DNA of 64,000 nt from Actinomycetota bacterium (GTDB taxonomy: Bacteria > Actinomycetota > Actinomycetes > S36-B12). Of this stretch, positions 63,218 to 64,000 are shown piece after piece. Under the pieces are notes generated by a model. That model had not been told where the DNA came from, searched no databases, and worked only from the letters and a program-made list of their open reading frames with translations. How positions within the stretch are numbered: the first letter of the stretch is position 1; each line of letters begins with the position of its first letter. Both the position numbers and the translations under genes were made by a program. The stretch spans positions 1,156-65,155 of the forward strand of contig JAFMFD010000007.1 in NCBI GenBank assembly GCA_017856385.1. The letters run 5' to 3'.

Positions 63218-64000
63218 GTGACGCTCCACCCACCGGCCGTCCGATCCCTTCCCGCCTGGAGACCTGTGCCCCCCATCGGACCCACGCCTGCCGAGCGCTC
63301 CCTTCGCGGAGGCGCCGGGCGCATCATCCCCCCCGCGACCATCGCCCGGCTGCCGGTCTACCACCGGGTGCTGCAGGGTCTGGCGGACTCCGGAGTCCGC
63401 ACCGTCTCATCGGAGGAGCTCGCCCGCACGTGCGGGGTGTCCTCCGCGAAGCTGCGCAAGGACCTGTCGCACCTCGGCTCGTACGGCACCCGCGGCGTCG
63501 GCTACGACGTGCCGTTCCTGACGTACCAGATCGCCCGCGAGCTCGGCCTCACCCAGCCCTGGGGCGTCGTCATCGTGGGAGCGGGCAACCTGGGGCAGGC
63601 GCTGGTCGCGTACCGCGGGTTCGCCTCGCGCGGCTTCCAGATCGTGGGCCTGCTCGATGCGCACCCGGATGTCATCGGCCGTGTCGCCGGGACGCCGGAG
63701 CGCCCGATCGAGGTCCAGCCGATGTCGGAGTTGGACCGCCTGGCCGCCGCCGGGCGCGTGCACATCGGCGTCATCGCGACGCCCGGCGAGTCCGCGCAGG
63801 AGGTCTGCGACCGCCTCGTGGCCGCCGGCGTGCACAGCATCCTGAACTTCGCGCCGGTCGTGCTCGACGTCCCCGGGGACGTCGAGGTGCGCAAGGTCGA
63901 CCTCGCGGTCGAGCTGCAGATCCTGGCATTCCACGAGCAGCGTCGCGCCACGCCGCTGGATGCCCTCATGGTGGAACCGTCGCTGGGAGAGGCGATCTGA
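63218..64000 (+). CDS. rex: redox-sensing transcriptional repressor Rex
   Basis: ARLPVYHRVL, SSEELA..GVSSAKLRKDLSHLGSYGTRGVGYDV, Rossmann VGAGNLGQAL, and LNFAP closely follow Streptomyces Rex as I recall it. The stop lies at 63998-64000. The start is uncertain. Confidence 0.9.
   Translation: MTLHPPAVRSLPAWRPVPPIGPTPAERSLRGGAGRIIPPATIARLPVYHRVLQGLADSGVRTVSSEELARTCGVSSAKLRKDLSHLGSYGTRGVGYDVPFLTYQIARELGLTQPWGVVIVGAGNLGQALVAYRGFASRGFQIVGLLDAHPDVIGRVAGTPERPIEVQPMSELDRLAAAGRVHIGVIATPGESAQEVCDRLVAAGVHSILNFAPVVLDVPGDVEVRKVDLAVELQILAFHEQRRATPLDALMVEPSLGEAI

Noticed and set aside
1-64000. cas genes, restriction-modification, toxin-antitoxin, abortive-infection, retron, prophage or biosynthetic gene cluster signatures
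   Set aside because: I read all ORF translations and found no nuclease/helicase/ATPase combinations, reverse transcriptase, methyltransferase-endonuclease pairs, small paired ORFs, capsid/terminase/portal genes, or PKS/NRPS/terpene/RiPP cores. The lone DEAD-box helicase, RadA, MutY and ClpC1 are standard housekeeping proteins.

Overview
This is a 64-kb, very GC-rich chromosomal segment; codon third positions are almost all G/C. Its proteins and gene order match the core genome of an Actinomycetota member, probably Micrococcales-like. That taxon is my inference, since no search was run. I support about 70 protein genes and two tRNAs: tRNA-Arg-CCT (minus strand, 18788-18860) and tRNA-Ala-CGC (plus strand, 34929-35001). 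I also support a 32-aa ribosomal protein bS22 gene too short for the ORF track, one 5'-truncated and TAG-interrupted pseudogene, and a few candidate operators and hairpins.

Layout:
- 0.2-5.4 kb: assorted small genes (LLM/F420 oxidoreductase, two divergent secreted proteins, S4-domain protein, DsbA-like, UPF0126/TRIC channel, M23-like peptidase).
- 5.75-16.6 kb: a tightly packed carbohydrate uptake and catabolism locus. It has an ABC transporter, two Gfo/Idh/MocA oxidoreductases, a TIM-barrel sugar isomerase/epimerase, a NagB-family enzyme, and a divergent GntR/HutC regulator, bicupin and ROK kinase.
- 16.6-17.4 kb: a gene-poor stretch.
- 17.4-23.6 kb: DEAD-box helicase, tRNA-Arg, Zn-ADH, FUSC-like protein, GlcD-like oxidase and two small membrane proteins.
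- 23.6-28.0 kb: a five-gene minus-strand operon containing an SbtA-family permease, followed by an aminotransferase.
- 29.5-64 kb: three housekeeping synteny blocks that I recognise from Mycobacterium tuberculosis (mscL..galU..pmt-rsmI-metG-tatD-rsmA-ispE; clpC1..mutY..radA; ppx..proC-HTH-bS22-epimerase..serB-like..glutaredoxin-like-rex).

Many long ORFs in the supplied track are antisense or out-of-frame shadows typical of high-GC DNA, and I rejected them. I found no cas genes, integrase, transposase, phage structural genes, secondary-metabolite core enzymes or recognisable defence system. The least ordinary part is the small lower-GC islet between tRNA-Ala and pmt (35.0-37.4 kb). It holds three exactly 60-nt-phased palindromic CRISPR-like repeats, a double-FAS1 lipoprotein and a decayed gene. 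All functional calls rest on motif and sequence recognition by eye, not on database searches.
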